A stretch of DNA of 64,000 nucleotides, taken from NCBI GenBank assembly GCA_951406725.2, contig OX597827.1, positions 21,390,001 to 21,454,000 of the forward strand. Reading direction: 5' to 3'. The notes under the pieces are model-generated. The model was not told where the DNA came from and ran no database searches. It was given only the letters and a program-made list of their open reading frames with translations. Shown here piece after piece: positions 13,004 to 28,200 of this stretch (position 1 is its first letter; each line of letters begins with the position of its first letter). The stretch comes from Octopus vulgaris. Lineage: Eukaryota. A program made the position numbers and the translations under genes.

Positions 13004-14064
13004 AAATATTACATAATTATTATTTATATATATTAATTTTCTGAACCCTGTATTATTGAAATGATTGTAATGGATTGAATGACACCAATATCTCCATTAT
13101 TGGACTTATTTCATAACTAACAATTTCTCTTTGGAATTTCAATTTGTATGGAACAGTTTTCATTATAGAAAACTATCCAGTTTTATATTCTTTGTCAGCG
13201 AATATTAGCTGGAGTGACGAGGAGATCCCCTTTAGTCTTATATATTGTGTGTGTGTGTGTAAAGAATTTTGTTTGAAAGATGTTACTGGAAACGTGACTC
13301 TCCAGCCTCATTTCTTTTTAAGATTTTTTCATTTTCCTAAAATAGTTGTTTATTATATTTTTGTTTGGAAATTTCGTGATTCACTAACGTCTTGTCATAT
13401 CTGATATTGTGTCCTTTTTCTCATTGGTTATTACTGAATTTTAAAATCTCAGATATGTTAAACAATCAGGAAATGATTGAGTAGTGGTGTCTGATATTAG
13501 TTCCTTTCCAGAATAGACGGCTTTTTGTGTTGCTGTATTTTGATAGCTAAGAGGTAGAAAATTTGAGCGATTTGACAATCCCATTTCTTAAGTAAACACT
13601 TTCAAACACTAACGTATTACATCATTCTATACACAGGTCACACACTTTGTGATATTACATGCGGACGTGAATGTCCGCACACATTCGTAAGACTACACTT
13701 GTAAAGTAATCAGCACTAACAAGGCATTTGTCAGCTCTGCACTCTTACAGAAGACTCTCGTCCAAGGTAGTGTGCAGGGTCACTCTCAGCTGAAGCCGCA
13801 TGGGTGGCAAACAAATATTTATTTGTTTAGATATGTGTGTGTGCGCGTGTGTGTATATCTATATGTGGCTGTGTGTGTGTGTACAAGTGATGAAGGAAAC
13901 GGAAGATTTGGCCCTAGTCTTTAGGACGAAATATTGTTTCGATTCATCCTGAAATTGTCCGTTATCGGTAGGATTTTGGGATCTTTTCGGTTTGAACGGC
14001 AGTTTTTAACATAATTTCTAGGTAACTAAAAAATTTTAAACTTCGTATACTGGTAGAATGTGTT

Positions 14065-15860
<1,796 letters not shown>

Positions 15861-15971
15861 CTTTTGGGGCTAGCGGTCAGTGTGTGTAAATTATTGTGTC
15901 TGGGGACAATCATTCTCTTTTAGCGCCTTATTAATTTAACACATCGAGTGTATTAAATTAATTAGGCACTA

Positions 15972-16075
15972 AAAGAGAATAACTCTTCCCAGACACGATA
16001 AAATATGCTTCAACACACGAATTCACATAAAGAATCTTGGAAACCAAATACAAAAACGAAATGATAAAAGATGAA

Positions 16076-16109
<34 letters not shown>

Positions 16110-16209
16110 TTCATCTTTTATCATTTCGTTTTTGTATTTGGTTTCCAAGATTCTTTATGTGAATTCGTGTGTTGAAGCATATTTTATCGTGTCTGGGAAG
16201 AGTTATTCT

Positions 16210-16213
<4 letters not shown>
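15972..16213. repeat. Perfect 242-bp palindrome centred on (AT)14
   Basis: Arms 15972-16078 and 16107-16213 are exact reverse complements by manual comparison; the centre (AT)14 is self-complementary. Confidence 0.95.
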
Positions 16214-16245
<32 letters not shown>

Positions 16246-16254
<9 letters not shown>

Positions 16255-16788
16255 AGAATCTCTGATAAAACAGATAACAAACTGTAGCGAGGGAAGAAAT
16301 AATTCCCTAAGAATGAACCTGTATGACAAACAACACAAACACAGCATGGACATTAAAGATAAATAGAGTGGGGAGAGCTAAATCATATTTTTATATAAAC
16401 TCTGCCCATAGTGAATGGAATTCAAGCTTATTGACTTCTCAAGTTTAAAAAGACAAATAAGTTTGGCCATTGCGCTGCGGGGAGCCTGACCGCTAACAGC
16501 TGACTGTAATCTTGTCAACTAATGGAGTTTTATATATATATATACACACACACACGGCGGCGAGCTGGCAGAAACGTTAGCACACCGGGCGAAATGCGTA
16601 GTCGTATTTCGTCTGCCGCTACGTTCTGAGTTCAAATTCCGCCGAGGTTGACTTTGCCGTTCATCCTTTCGGGGTCGATAAATTAAGTACCAGTTACGCA
16701 CTGGGGTCGATGTAATCGACTTAATACCTATGTCTGTCCTTGTTTGTCCCCTCTATGTTTAGTCCCTTGTGGGTAGTAAAGAAATGTG

Positions 16789-16824
<36 letters not shown>

Positions 16825-18083
16825 CATGTCGATGCGGTGTATATAATTGTATGAAGAGGATCGTAGATGAGTATTAAATGGTAAATATGTGTTTTAAACG
16901 GTCGAAATGTGTCGGCTTTACATCGTTTATGAAAACTGAAAGTGATCGGAGAGAGAGAGAGAGTGTGTGTGTGTGTGTTAAAGACTATTAACCAGTCTGT
17001 AGAGAAGATACGACATCGCTTGTCTGGACATAGAATATGGATGGACAGAAGATTTTGGAAAAAAGAGTAAAATACAATTTCAGTATTTTAGGCTTGTAAA
17101 GATAATATTGAGAAGAGGGAGAGTCTGTTGTAAGAGAGACCTGTCGAAGCAGGTGGAAAAAGGCTCAGGGAACTGAAAGACCCGTGGCAATAAAAGATGT
17201 CTGTGGTGAGATATCCAGTCATCAACGAAGTTTGGAATATGTTGGCTGTTGCCTAGACAAAAAATTCCCTCTGTCCGAGGTCAGGGCGACATAAGTGGCT
17301 TTGTCCCCTTTCCTAGACACTAAGCCTACCGAATACTTTGTGTGTGTGTGTGTGTGTACACAAACCACTTTTTATAAAGGTTTACATAGGATTAGCATAC
17401 AGAATTATTCTTGTGCTGTTTTGTTTTACGCAGTGGACTACGGCCATGCTGGGGCATCACCTCGAAAGGTTTCGTTGAATAAATCTACCACTGTACTTTT
17501 TTTTTAAAATCTGTATTTATTGTATCAGTCTCTATTTGCCGACGGCTGGAGTGCAGAGACGTAAACAAACCGGCGTCGGTCGTCAAGCAGTGGTATGCGG
17601 AGCAAACACAAGATCGCACACACCAAATTCACTCACAAAGCGTTCGTCGGACTGAGGCTATGGTAGAAAGTGCCGCGCAGCGGAGTTGAACCTGAAGCCA
17701 CATTTGTCGCAAAGTGAACTTTTTTAGACACAAGTCTCAGTTTGGCCTCTGCTGCCATGACGAAGCTGAATGCCAATAGAAAAGTCACACTCCATTAGTT
17801 GACAAGATTAAAGTCAGCTGTTAGCGGCCAGGCTCACCGCAGCGCAATGGCCAAACTTATTTGTCTTTTTAAACTTGAGAAGTCAATAAGCTTGAATTCC
17901 GTTCACTATGGTCAGAGTTTATATAAAAATATGATTTAGCTCTCCCCAGTCTATTTGTTTATTTTTAATGTTCATGGTGTGTTTGTGTTGTTTGCCATAC
18001 AGGTTAATTCTTAGGGAATTATTTCTTCCTTCGCTACAGTTTTGTTTTCTTGACCCTGTTTTATCGGAGATTCTCAACAATAT
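16246..18083. repeat. Inverted repeat pair of about 285-295 bp (16246-16528 and 17789-18083)
   Basis: For example aagtttggccattgcgctgcgg versus ccgcagcgcaatggccaaactt, with scattered substitutions and small indels. The left copy is flanked by (TA)n on both sides. Confidence 0.92.
16556..16784 (+). mobile_element. SINE family A, full length, inserted in a (TA)/(CA) tract
   Basis: Runs from ggcggcgagctggcagaaacgttagcac to gtagtaaagaaat, flanked by tatacacacac on both sides. Confidence 0.9.
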
Positions 18084-20349
18084 TTAATTTGCTGATTCAT
18101 TCTCAAAATGATTGGCTCCATTTTATTGCTTAGTCAGAAGGAGACGACGAAGAGTTTGTCTCCATGGCTGGTGGAAAGAAATAAGGGATTTATCCTTAAG
18201 CTAGAGCTCTGGTCCAAATGCTTACAACAGTGGATTCCACAAAAGCAGCCAAGGTACCAAGCAGTTGTGTGAAATCGTGTGACCAATAAACTCTACCCCT
18301 AGACAAACAGGAACAGTTACAACGGTGGGGTTCCACGACGTTTTCCTCTACCAAATGTCACTGAAAGGCTTTGGTCGATCCGTGGCTGTTGTAGAATAAT
18401 TATATCCAAAGTGCTTCGCAGCATGATTGAACTCAAAACCGCACTGTTGAGAAGTGAGCTTGTTTTACTTACAAATCATATCTACGCCTATCTTCTTGTC
18501 GGCTCTAATCTAACAAACCTATGATCAGAGACATTTCAGCCGTAATCCTCTTGCTTTTTATCCAGCCATGCTGTAACCTAAGACGTTAGGGTTTGGCTTG
18601 AGGGATATTTGGCTACTATTTCTAACAGGTTGAGCGATCGCAAAGAGGCTCCCTTCTTGGCTCTGATTTCATCTCTTATCATTTTGGTGCAAAGCGGCAA
18701 GTTTTAAAACTGTTTGTTGTCAGGGTTCATCTGTGTAGATGTTTACTGAAGACGGTCTGTAATTTTCGTCGTCATGCTCTCATCAATAAGGATTGGGAAT
18801 GAAGAAAACCTTATCCAGGACTTTTATATTCTTGCAAGGAATTAGGCATCTCCTGTAAATTGCAAGTTGCAGAACATGTTCATATTTTAGGCCAAATAAT
18901 TGTCAGCGAGGTTGTTTTGACAGCAGACACTCGTGCGGGGCAGCAAGAACCACTGATAAAAAATCTATATAGTTATCAAAATGAGGAGTATTTGACAGTA
19001 AGGTTTGGATCTGCAAGAAGTAGAGGCTCAGTGTTCGGTTTCAGATCCCACTTAAGGTTACTTGAATAATTTTGATGTTGCATATGTTTGGAGCAGTGAG
19101 GGACTCCTTTCTGTCCGTGAAAATGATTTTTGTTTTTACAAATGACAATGATCAGTCCCCCCCCCCCCCCCATAGTGTACCTTCTAGAGAAGGCTTACGC
19201 CCACCAAGATTCCAATTCAAGTACGTCCTAATGTGCGACCTTCTGTGTTTCTAAAAGACATTGTTTCATCTATTTACTGGTACCGACGTTGACAAAGGAC
19301 GTTTGGAGATTAATGGAAACCTCATAAGCTGAAACAGCTTGAGTTGAATATGTATGTGATAATGTGTGTGTGTGTGTGTAAACGTTTGTGTGTGTGTCCG
19401 TGTGTGTGCGCGCCCGTGCCCGTATAAATGGTTATATAGATATGCTCGGCTGTAGGTGTAAACGTAAACAGAGAGAAAGAGAAGAATTAGCGAGGAATCC
19501 AGGTCTGATGAATGCCAAACTACTTTACCAGTCGTTCAACAATATTCAGATCTCGTTGCACAAACTGCTCCCTTCGACGATGTCCATATATTCAAAATAA
19601 ACTATTTAATGAAAGAAAATATCTCACACGAAGACACATTCTATTCTAAGTCTCTCTTGCTTGGAAACCTATTTGGCTTGATTATCCGGCATCAAGTCGG
19701 TCTTAAGATAATCTATCGAGTCTACTTATAAAAGAAAATCATTTCTTAGAAGTACATTATGTATATATCATTACGTATATACGCTAAATATATGTTTACA
19801 AAAATCCATAATATGTTGGGTTTTTTTTGTATAATTACGAAAGCATAAATTCTGGTTTATCACAGATTCCTTTAATTAGATTTACTTTGGTGTGGATTCT
19901 ACGCAAGGTCCTGATAGAAGTAGCTTATTTTTAATAATTACCGACGCATATGAGAAGAGATGGACTGGAGTTGTTGATGATGCTACACCAGTCGTTATAA
20001 TAGTGGTGGTGGTGGTGGTAGTAGTAGTAGTAGGCACATCTCTTCAGTGGTGGTAGTGGTAGTAGTAGTATACGCGTCTCTATTACTATTGGTAGTAGTA
20101 GTGGTGGTGGCAATGTGCTAAATTGAACGGTGAAAAATACTCGCACAAACAGGAGTCGTAAATTGTGATGTTAGTTTTTACTGGTCTCTGCTGTAATCTT
20201 TAATCTGATATTTTCTGAATATCTTCGTTACTAAGTTATTATTTTCTCTAGTCATTCGTTATGACATTCAGAGATTAAGAATCAACTGGTGGAACCCGTA
20301 TTTTCTCCCCACCAGCCGTGCAATTTCAACAGTCACTTGCAAGTACCTC

Positions 20350-20403
20350 GCCGCCGCCTCTACGACCGCCACCACCGCCAGTCGCCGCCGCCGCCGCCGC
20401 CGC
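20350..20403. repeat. (CCG)n GC-rich trinucleotide tract; (TGG/TAG)n tract nearby at about 20000-20110
   Basis: Directly visible. Confidence 0.85.
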
Positions 20404-21144
20404 TATCACACGCTCTGTTCTATGTCTATTAACCTTATGATAGAATAGTCTTTACGTGTTTCGCATCTTCCATACATTTGTTCACTCCTTATTTCCTCCT
20501 CCCCTTCTAACAAAGAATCTATTTAAACCACACCAACCTATTCACTCATATTGACTGGTACGATATTTATAACCTGGTCGGTGCTATACGTTTCGTTTAA
20601 CTCAAAATTCCAAGCCATAATACCTTTTATATAACGATAAAGATGATGATAACAATAACAACAACAGCAATATCGGACATCTGAATGTCTTTTATGATTT
20701 TCCATGTGTCGTTCGTCATCCTGGAGCAGTCTTCCTCTTTCCCTCACCTTTCTTAGATTCACGTTTCTCACCTGATCGAAATATTTACCTTCACCAAGAC
20801 TATTCGCTTAAAATAATTGATTCCCTTATTTCGTCTGACTCGGTCTCCCTGCCTGAATTTTTCCGACTTAGTCTACAGAATTTTTGGAAGTTAGTTCATT
20901 GCCAGTTTCCATGGAAACTTATAGGACTGATAGCTGTGGTAGCCAAGGACGTTCCAAGCGACCTCGAAGTGTAAGTACAAGCTTCATATTGATTTTCTTG
21001 TTTTCTCTTTCTTTCCTCAACTCGTTTCCTCTTTCTTTTATACGCTCGTTGTTTTGACAGACAAATGAATATTTTGTTCTGCTGCCACGCACAATATACA
21101 CACGTTATCTATATACATATACACCCCCACCCCATGTATGTGTC

Positions 21145-21185
<41 letters not shown>

Positions 21186-21208
21186 GCGCGCACTGTAGGC
21201 ATTCGCTT

Positions 21209-21246
21209 TCAGTTGTCAAGATCACGAAAATTTCGGCGCCTTCCAA

Positions 21247-21283
<37 letters not shown>

Positions 21284-21314
21284 CTGGTGCTTCATAATTT
21301 TGCGTTTATTTGAG
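21209..21314 (+). promoter_or_regulatory. Candidate alternative TSS / non-coding first exon
   Basis: TCAGTT initiator-like motif at 21209, CpG-rich context (cacgcgcgcac, ttcggcgcc) and strong donor GAG|gtatgt at 21314/21315. Confidence 0.35.
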
Positions 21315-21959
21315 GTATGTAAGGTTTACCGCCACAGAGCAAATATTTCTGTTTCCCCTAATCTTAAGGGATTAAATAAAATCACACAGATTATGTCAAA
21401 CGGCACTTATTTTTGTGTTCTGACATCGCTATCTTTGAATGTCTATTTCTAAAATATTCGGCTGCGTTTAGACACCATTCGATCTTTCGATCTCTACATA
21501 TATATACATACATACACACACACACACACATACACATACATACATACATACATAGCTATCTGTGCGCGCGCGCATCTTTATGTAGAGGTGAAATTGAAGG
21601 AATAAGGTTTATTATAGCTAGCACCTGATGGATAGTGAGTTTAGTCTGTCTTCTAAGCGATCTTTTGCGTTCTAAGTGGGGCCTCTCTGCTCTGTGATTC
21701 TTATTTGAACCCTCTACTGCTAAATATGTGTTAACCCACTTTTGAGGGCTATCTCTGACCGCAGAAGCTTCCACGACTGGCTCAGATCTTAATAGTGCGT
21801 CGTAGTGCTATTCGGAGACATTCGTCATTTCTCACGCTTCTACACACAGTCATAAAATGTATGAATTGTGAAGGTTTCTGGAAATGGATATGTAATGAAT
21901 ACGTCTTATAAACACACAGATGTATGAAATATAACAAACGTTTTAATTGTGATATATAA

Positions 21960-22041
21960 TATATGTATGTATATGTGGGTGTATACATCACATATATGTG
22001 TGTATATATATATATATATGTATATTTGTCTGCATATGTGT

Positions 22042-22081
<40 letters not shown>

Positions 22082-22166
22082 TTGTCTGTGCATATGTGTC
22101 TGTTTATATATTTATATATATATATATATGTATGTATATTTGTCTGTGCATATGTGTCTGTTTATA

Positions 22167-22216
<50 letters not shown>

Positions 22217-22223
22217 CATACAT

Positions 22224-22255
<32 letters not shown>

Positions 22256-22256
22256 A
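21960..22256. repeat. Compound (TA)/(TG) microsatellite containing three copies of a ~60-bp unit (gtatatttgtctg(tg)catatgtgt...tttatata)
   Basis: Units start near 22020, 22077 and 22134. Confidence 0.9.
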
Positions 22257-25200
22257 TATTGCTGTGCAAGTGATGCTTTGGGGAGTTGATGTTGTTGTTG
22301 CTGTTAAGAGTGAGTGTTTTGTATTTCATGTGAAAGAAGGTTGTTGCTGTAATCTGCTAAACTGGTTGGTCAAGTTTGGAAGGTGTGAGGTATTTATTTA
22401 GTGAAGGTCAAGGTGAAACTCACTTTGACGTGTGTGTTGTCTGGTTGAGAGGCAGACAGACGGACTTGGCTATGATTCCGGCCGATCGACAAGGATTCAG
22501 AAATTTAAATTGCAATACAATAAAATAGATTTATTTAAAAGATCCTTTTATTCAAATATTATGGCGTACAGATGTTTATAGCTGCTCATTTTTTTTTTTC
22601 TTTTCCCGTTTTTAATTAAAATGAGGCAATGTATTTGATGTTTTACCAATTACATAATTGTTACAAAAATATAGTAGGAGAAAATAATTCTGTTTTGAAA
22701 AGCAGAAAAATATGCTTCGTTTCCAAGATTTTATTCCTTAGTGGAAGATGATAATGTTTGTATCATTCCGTTGCTTTTGAACTGAGGTGATATTGAATAG
22801 TTGGCGTGAAGGTCATTCTCTCTCGCTCATTAGATTTTTTTTTGATTTTTTTTTCTCTCTCCTTTTAGCCATTGACGTCGTTGTCTCTATAAAAGCCGAT
22901 GTGCTTTTTCCGCCTTTATTTTCTTTTCCAAATATTTGCGAAGGTTTATCGGAACCTGCTTAATACCATTATAGAAACCTTGGTTGTCATTAAAGTTCTT
23001 TTCCTTTTCGACCTATGCACAATAGCTTAAATGTGTACCGAGAAAGGATATAGTCGATTAGGCACTGCTCTACCCACACTTTCATACTTTTCATAAATCC
23101 ACTTGCTTCTTTATTGGTGCGCCTTTTAGCACAATACTTGCCCAGTCCTTAACAAGGGCAACCATGACTAAAAACCAGGGCTGGGTTTTCGTTGTTTCAC
23201 TTGAAAGCAGTTTTATGTAACACTTTTATGAGAAAATTTAAACATACATGGATGACTATCATTTCGAACGAGGATCTTCAACAGGGGGCTGTTCTCTGCT
23301 TATTGTTGGGTGTTGTTTATGTCGGCAGTATGTCCTTCTTTAAAAGGTTTCTATGGTCAAGAAAAGAGTCTTCATATCACAATATTTAAATATTGGTTTC
23401 TGATTTAGACAGGAGGTCAGTAATTTTTGATAGGAAGGGGCTTCTCGATGCTATTGCTCCGAGTACTTAAATGGTACTTTTTTTTTTATCGATCACAGAA
23501 AGAGGAAAGGCAAAGTTGATCTTGGCGGCATTTTCCCCGACGCTCTATCGATTCCTCCAGTCCGTCAGCTTAGTATTGAAATCATGAAAATAGACTTGAT
23601 GGGACTGTTGTTTAACTCATGAGAAGCCCGAACCAAACAGGCTTACGTTCATAACCATTCCAGCCGTAGTTCTCCCGTCTTATCCGATATGCAGGCAGGA
23701 AATCCAAGATCGCATTATCCAATATGTTCTTCAAAACGATAATATGTGGGAGATTTGACTGCTTTTTTTAGCGTTGGAACGATCCCGTAGAGAGTGCTAC
23801 AACCCATATTGTACAGTAGTGTTGTCGATTAAATATGATAATGTTAGATTTCTAGACATCCCTGACAGAATTTGAACTCCGAACCTAAATGACAACTAAC
23901 CGTCCTTTATGTGGAAGGAAACCAACAAGAGTGATTTCATTATAGTACTTGTACTTTAGCGACCCGAATGAATGAAAGTCAACATGAACCGCGTTTTTAT
24001 TTAGAATGAGAATCGAAACTAAAGAACTAAATAATACATTGAATCAACGAGATGGACTCTACTGAGTTCCTGTAATTGCTAGAGATAGCAACCGACTCTA
24101 TTAAAATGTGCCTCCTCCTGTTATGAAATGGGAGGTATACATTGGATGATATCGTTCTAGATACCCAATGATCGATGTAAAGTTCTTACAGTAACTTCTC
24201 TCTAGGATGTATGTATGATTGTTCTGACAGCGTGCAAGGATAATTGCCAACCTTATATTATTAAAGTGAGTCTTGAATATCTTAAGCCGACGCCGACAAA
24301 TGTAAATAAATACCTGTTCATTTTTTTCCACAGTCTAATAGACTTGACTCAAGTTTCGAACTTTATTGGGTTCATCTTCAGAAGTCTTGTGCCACCACTT
24401 TTGCCGACAAAGACAACAAATAACATACACCACCTATTTGTACACACTTCTTGTGGTGGCTTCAACGGATTGGCTTGGCCTGATTTGCATAAATCATGTT
24501 TTGATGATTGTTAATTCACCCAAGTAGCCTCATCTTCACACTCATTTAAAATCACACACACACACATACACCTTGGTTTGTGTGTGTGTGTGATTTTAAA
24601 TGGATCTTCGTTGATTTCAACGGTGCATAATCAGTCGTACAATCAACTGCTCATTAAATTAGGGTGTATGTGGTTTTGTCATTTTCAGATACGTGAACCC
24701 TTCACGGATCCTTCAGATAGAATCACCGTCACACAATGTATCGAACATGACTGGACGGTTTATGTACGGTTTCAATCTTCGACGAGATTCCATACACTTT
24801 CCGTCTACCAAAAGGTGTGACTAAGTTTTTGTTGTGAAGAAAATTACCTTATTTCTTAAGCTTCTGATATCACACCGACGGATCGAACTTAACAGTTCGT
24901 CCGTACTACGCCTCTCTCGTTCTCCTCTCACACACACACACACCTTTTGTTTTTTGAGTTTTTTTTTTACAAATACACATAGGTCGTATATTTAATTGAA
25001 ACTCTGATTAACTGAAATTATCCCAGTAATTAGTAGACAAAAACTCCTTGACGCATTTGAAATAACTCCGGTAAGATCACTGGACTGAGGTACTGGATTT
25101 GAAATGTTTTAAAACCTTTATTTTTAAGAAACCGTCTTATGCACACGTATATAATGCATCGGTTTCAAACTTTAGCAGGGCGCTAGCAGTTTCGGGGAAG

Positions 25201-28200
25201 GGGGAAACCTGATTACATCGACACCCCAGTGTTCAACTGGTACTTACTTTATCAAGGATGAAAGACAAAGTCAGCCGCGACGGAATTTGAAATTAGAGTG
25301 TCAAGACGGTCGAAGTGCCGGTAAGCATTTTGTCCGGCGTGCTTAACGCCGAGCAGGACGCTTAATGTGTGTGTATATGTATGTAAACAGATGTATACAT
25401 ACATATTTATGTATATGTGTATCTGCTTTGGCATGGTTTCTACGTTAGGAAGGGTAGCTAGCCATAGGAACTATTCCAAAACAGACACTGGCGCACGATG
25501 TAGTCTCTGGACCCATTGCAGCCTGGTGTACTCTTCCAACTCATGCCAGCATGGAACATGGACGTTAAAACAGGTGTGTCTACCCAGAGTGTCTCATAGC
25601 GATGGACACGTTTTATTTATAATATCCAAGATCGTGGCCATGCTTGTTCCTGTCCTAAGCACTTGCATTTAGAATATGTCCACGATGATTTTCAACCCAA
25701 TATCTGCGTGCCGTTATTTATAGCTTTCTGTGTGCTTCGAAATTCACTATTCCTCCGTTCGTTCGTTTTTTTTTTTGTTTTTTTTTTTTTTGTTTTTTTG
25801 CCTTTTGCATTCTCTCCTCCCAGCTGAGGTGCTGGCGTTGAGCGATCATCGTTTTCCCAGGCTCCACTCGACTAGTCTTCCTCCCAGTGACACGGGGTGC
25901 GATTCTAGAACCGAGAACGCTCAAAGCCAAAATAGACACCACAAAATATTTCGCCGTAACTTTTCGCCAATCCATTGTCTTGGGATGGTGCCTTCCTTCG
26001 TTCTTTCTCCTTTTCTTTCTGTCTATCTCTAGCTATCAATCTACCATTGTGGGAACCTGTTATAGTCTTTGTTGGCAAAAGTGATCTGGTATATTATACT
26101 AGATCTAAAGCCTTTATTATGGGCCATTGTTGCTATCGTCTCCATATTTTCAAGAAACAATAATTATTTAAACCATTTCCTGCAGGCATTAACGCGTTTC
26201 TCGCTTCGAAATAAGAGATGGCGGGGAAGGAATCTAAATTCGGTATGAAAAATGGGGAAATTTATTCTTGAAGGACATCGTATGCTTGCTAAATGAATGT
26301 TTTTATTTTACATACAACCACAAACGTATTAACTTAAAAGATTTAACGGTCAGTAAATTTGTTTTTCTCTTCGAATGCAGACGTATTTTATCGATTGAAA
26401 AAGACGTGTGTGTGTGTGTGGTGAGGAATGTGACCTTTCCGTCTTTGCCAAGTGTATCTAGCGACATGAGTGAAGTGTAAAAGTTACGACCGGGAGTCGA
26501 AGCAGAACTCTCAGTGAGCTGGCCTCTCTGGCAATTCTTAGAAATGTGCGCACTCAACACAACATTCACAGGTGTGGTGTCTATTTTGGTGAAGGCGACC
26601 AATAATTGGCTGCCAGTCTATCCCCCCCTCTCTCTCTCTCTTTCCATCTCCCTCTCTCCCCCCTATCTCTCTCATTAAACGTCAACTTCAAGAATTTCGA
26701 TCATTTTGTATTGGGTGATTTCAGAAGAATATTAAGGGATTTTTTTTTCTTTTATATTCGGTTAGGGACGACTGACTTTCGGTATCGGTCTATGTGAAGG
26801 GACGTAACTCTGCGCCCCGAACTAGGCATTTTTAGTTTTGTTTAGGGGAAACATTTAACAGAAAATGTAGATTTTTAGGAAATAAAATAATAGAAATACT
26901 ATTTTTTCTTTGAATATTTGGACAAAATCCAATTCGATTCAACACCAGAACTTATACATTGTTAATCGACTTGCTACAAATAGCAGCTAAGTCTCAACTC
27001 ACACCTTGCAGTCTTAAATGAAAAAAAAAAGTGGGGGTTTGTACTCTTTTTCAAGAATTGGGTGATGATAGGTTTTGTTAAAATCTTTGTGATTCTGAAG
27101 TGCTTTCATATTTTAATATTAAAGAAGCTAAAGTCATTTCATTCTCTAAGTAAATCGCTAGGAGCCATGTTGTTGTGCTAACGACAAAATTGAATTAATA
27201 CATTTTTTAAAAACGTAAAACAATAGAAATTATTTCAATATGCTTGCAGTGAAGAGAACAAAAAATTAGTTTACTCCTGATCTTAATTGTAAATTGATCT
27301 CCTGTCTGAGCAGTTATTTGATTCTTTAGCGCTGACCACCGATGGCTTGTTAGAAATTTGTTTTCGGGATGATTAATGTTCTAATGTGATATTTAACCAC
27401 AACGAAACAGCCGGGATTTCTGACTTATCTCGCCTCATGATAAGCTCCTAATAATCCAACGAGGTTAAATATCAATTTCTTCTACCGTTTTATTTCATAG
27501 TATAAAGAGCTGTGACAAAATATTCAATGAAATGCAGTGAAATGTCTAATAGAAAACAGATTATAACTTTAAAATGAAAGGCAAATTGCGAGTTACAGGA
27601 ATTTTAATCCAATATTTCAACTTATTGAAATCCACTGATCTTCTACGAATTGGCTCCTTCACTTTCAGCTTGGTTCCCTGAGAGATCATGGCAAAAAGGT
27701 TCTTTAATCTTCGTCACTCTGGTTAGTGGACAAAGGCTTATATGATTATGCTAAACGAACCAACCGAAAGTTTTCTTAAGTAAAACTATTGGACGTTATG
27801 TGGCACTAGATCAACAAGCACTTATTGGCGGTTCTTGGAGATCAAATTGGATAAGAGTATGATACCAATGTCCAGTGTAATTATGGTCTGTGTCTTGTTA
27901 CTCTATGGATGCCTGACATTGTAATGTGCGAGCTTCAAGAATATGGTAGCCACGGAGCTGTAGATAATTTTATTTAAGCGTGGTTCGTTTGGTTTGAGGA
28001 GCGAAACCATATCGAGCGATCAGTATGGCGAAGAGAATGAAGAACTTCGATTCCTTCTCCAGGGGTTATGCTTCTGTTTGTGGATCTAGATTTGAAATTA
28101 GTTGCATGACGAAAACAATATAGAATATTAATGGGAGACTGATGGTGTTGATCTTTTCTAAAGATTTTGTAAACAGCCAGTCTTTAAGAAAAAATGTCCG

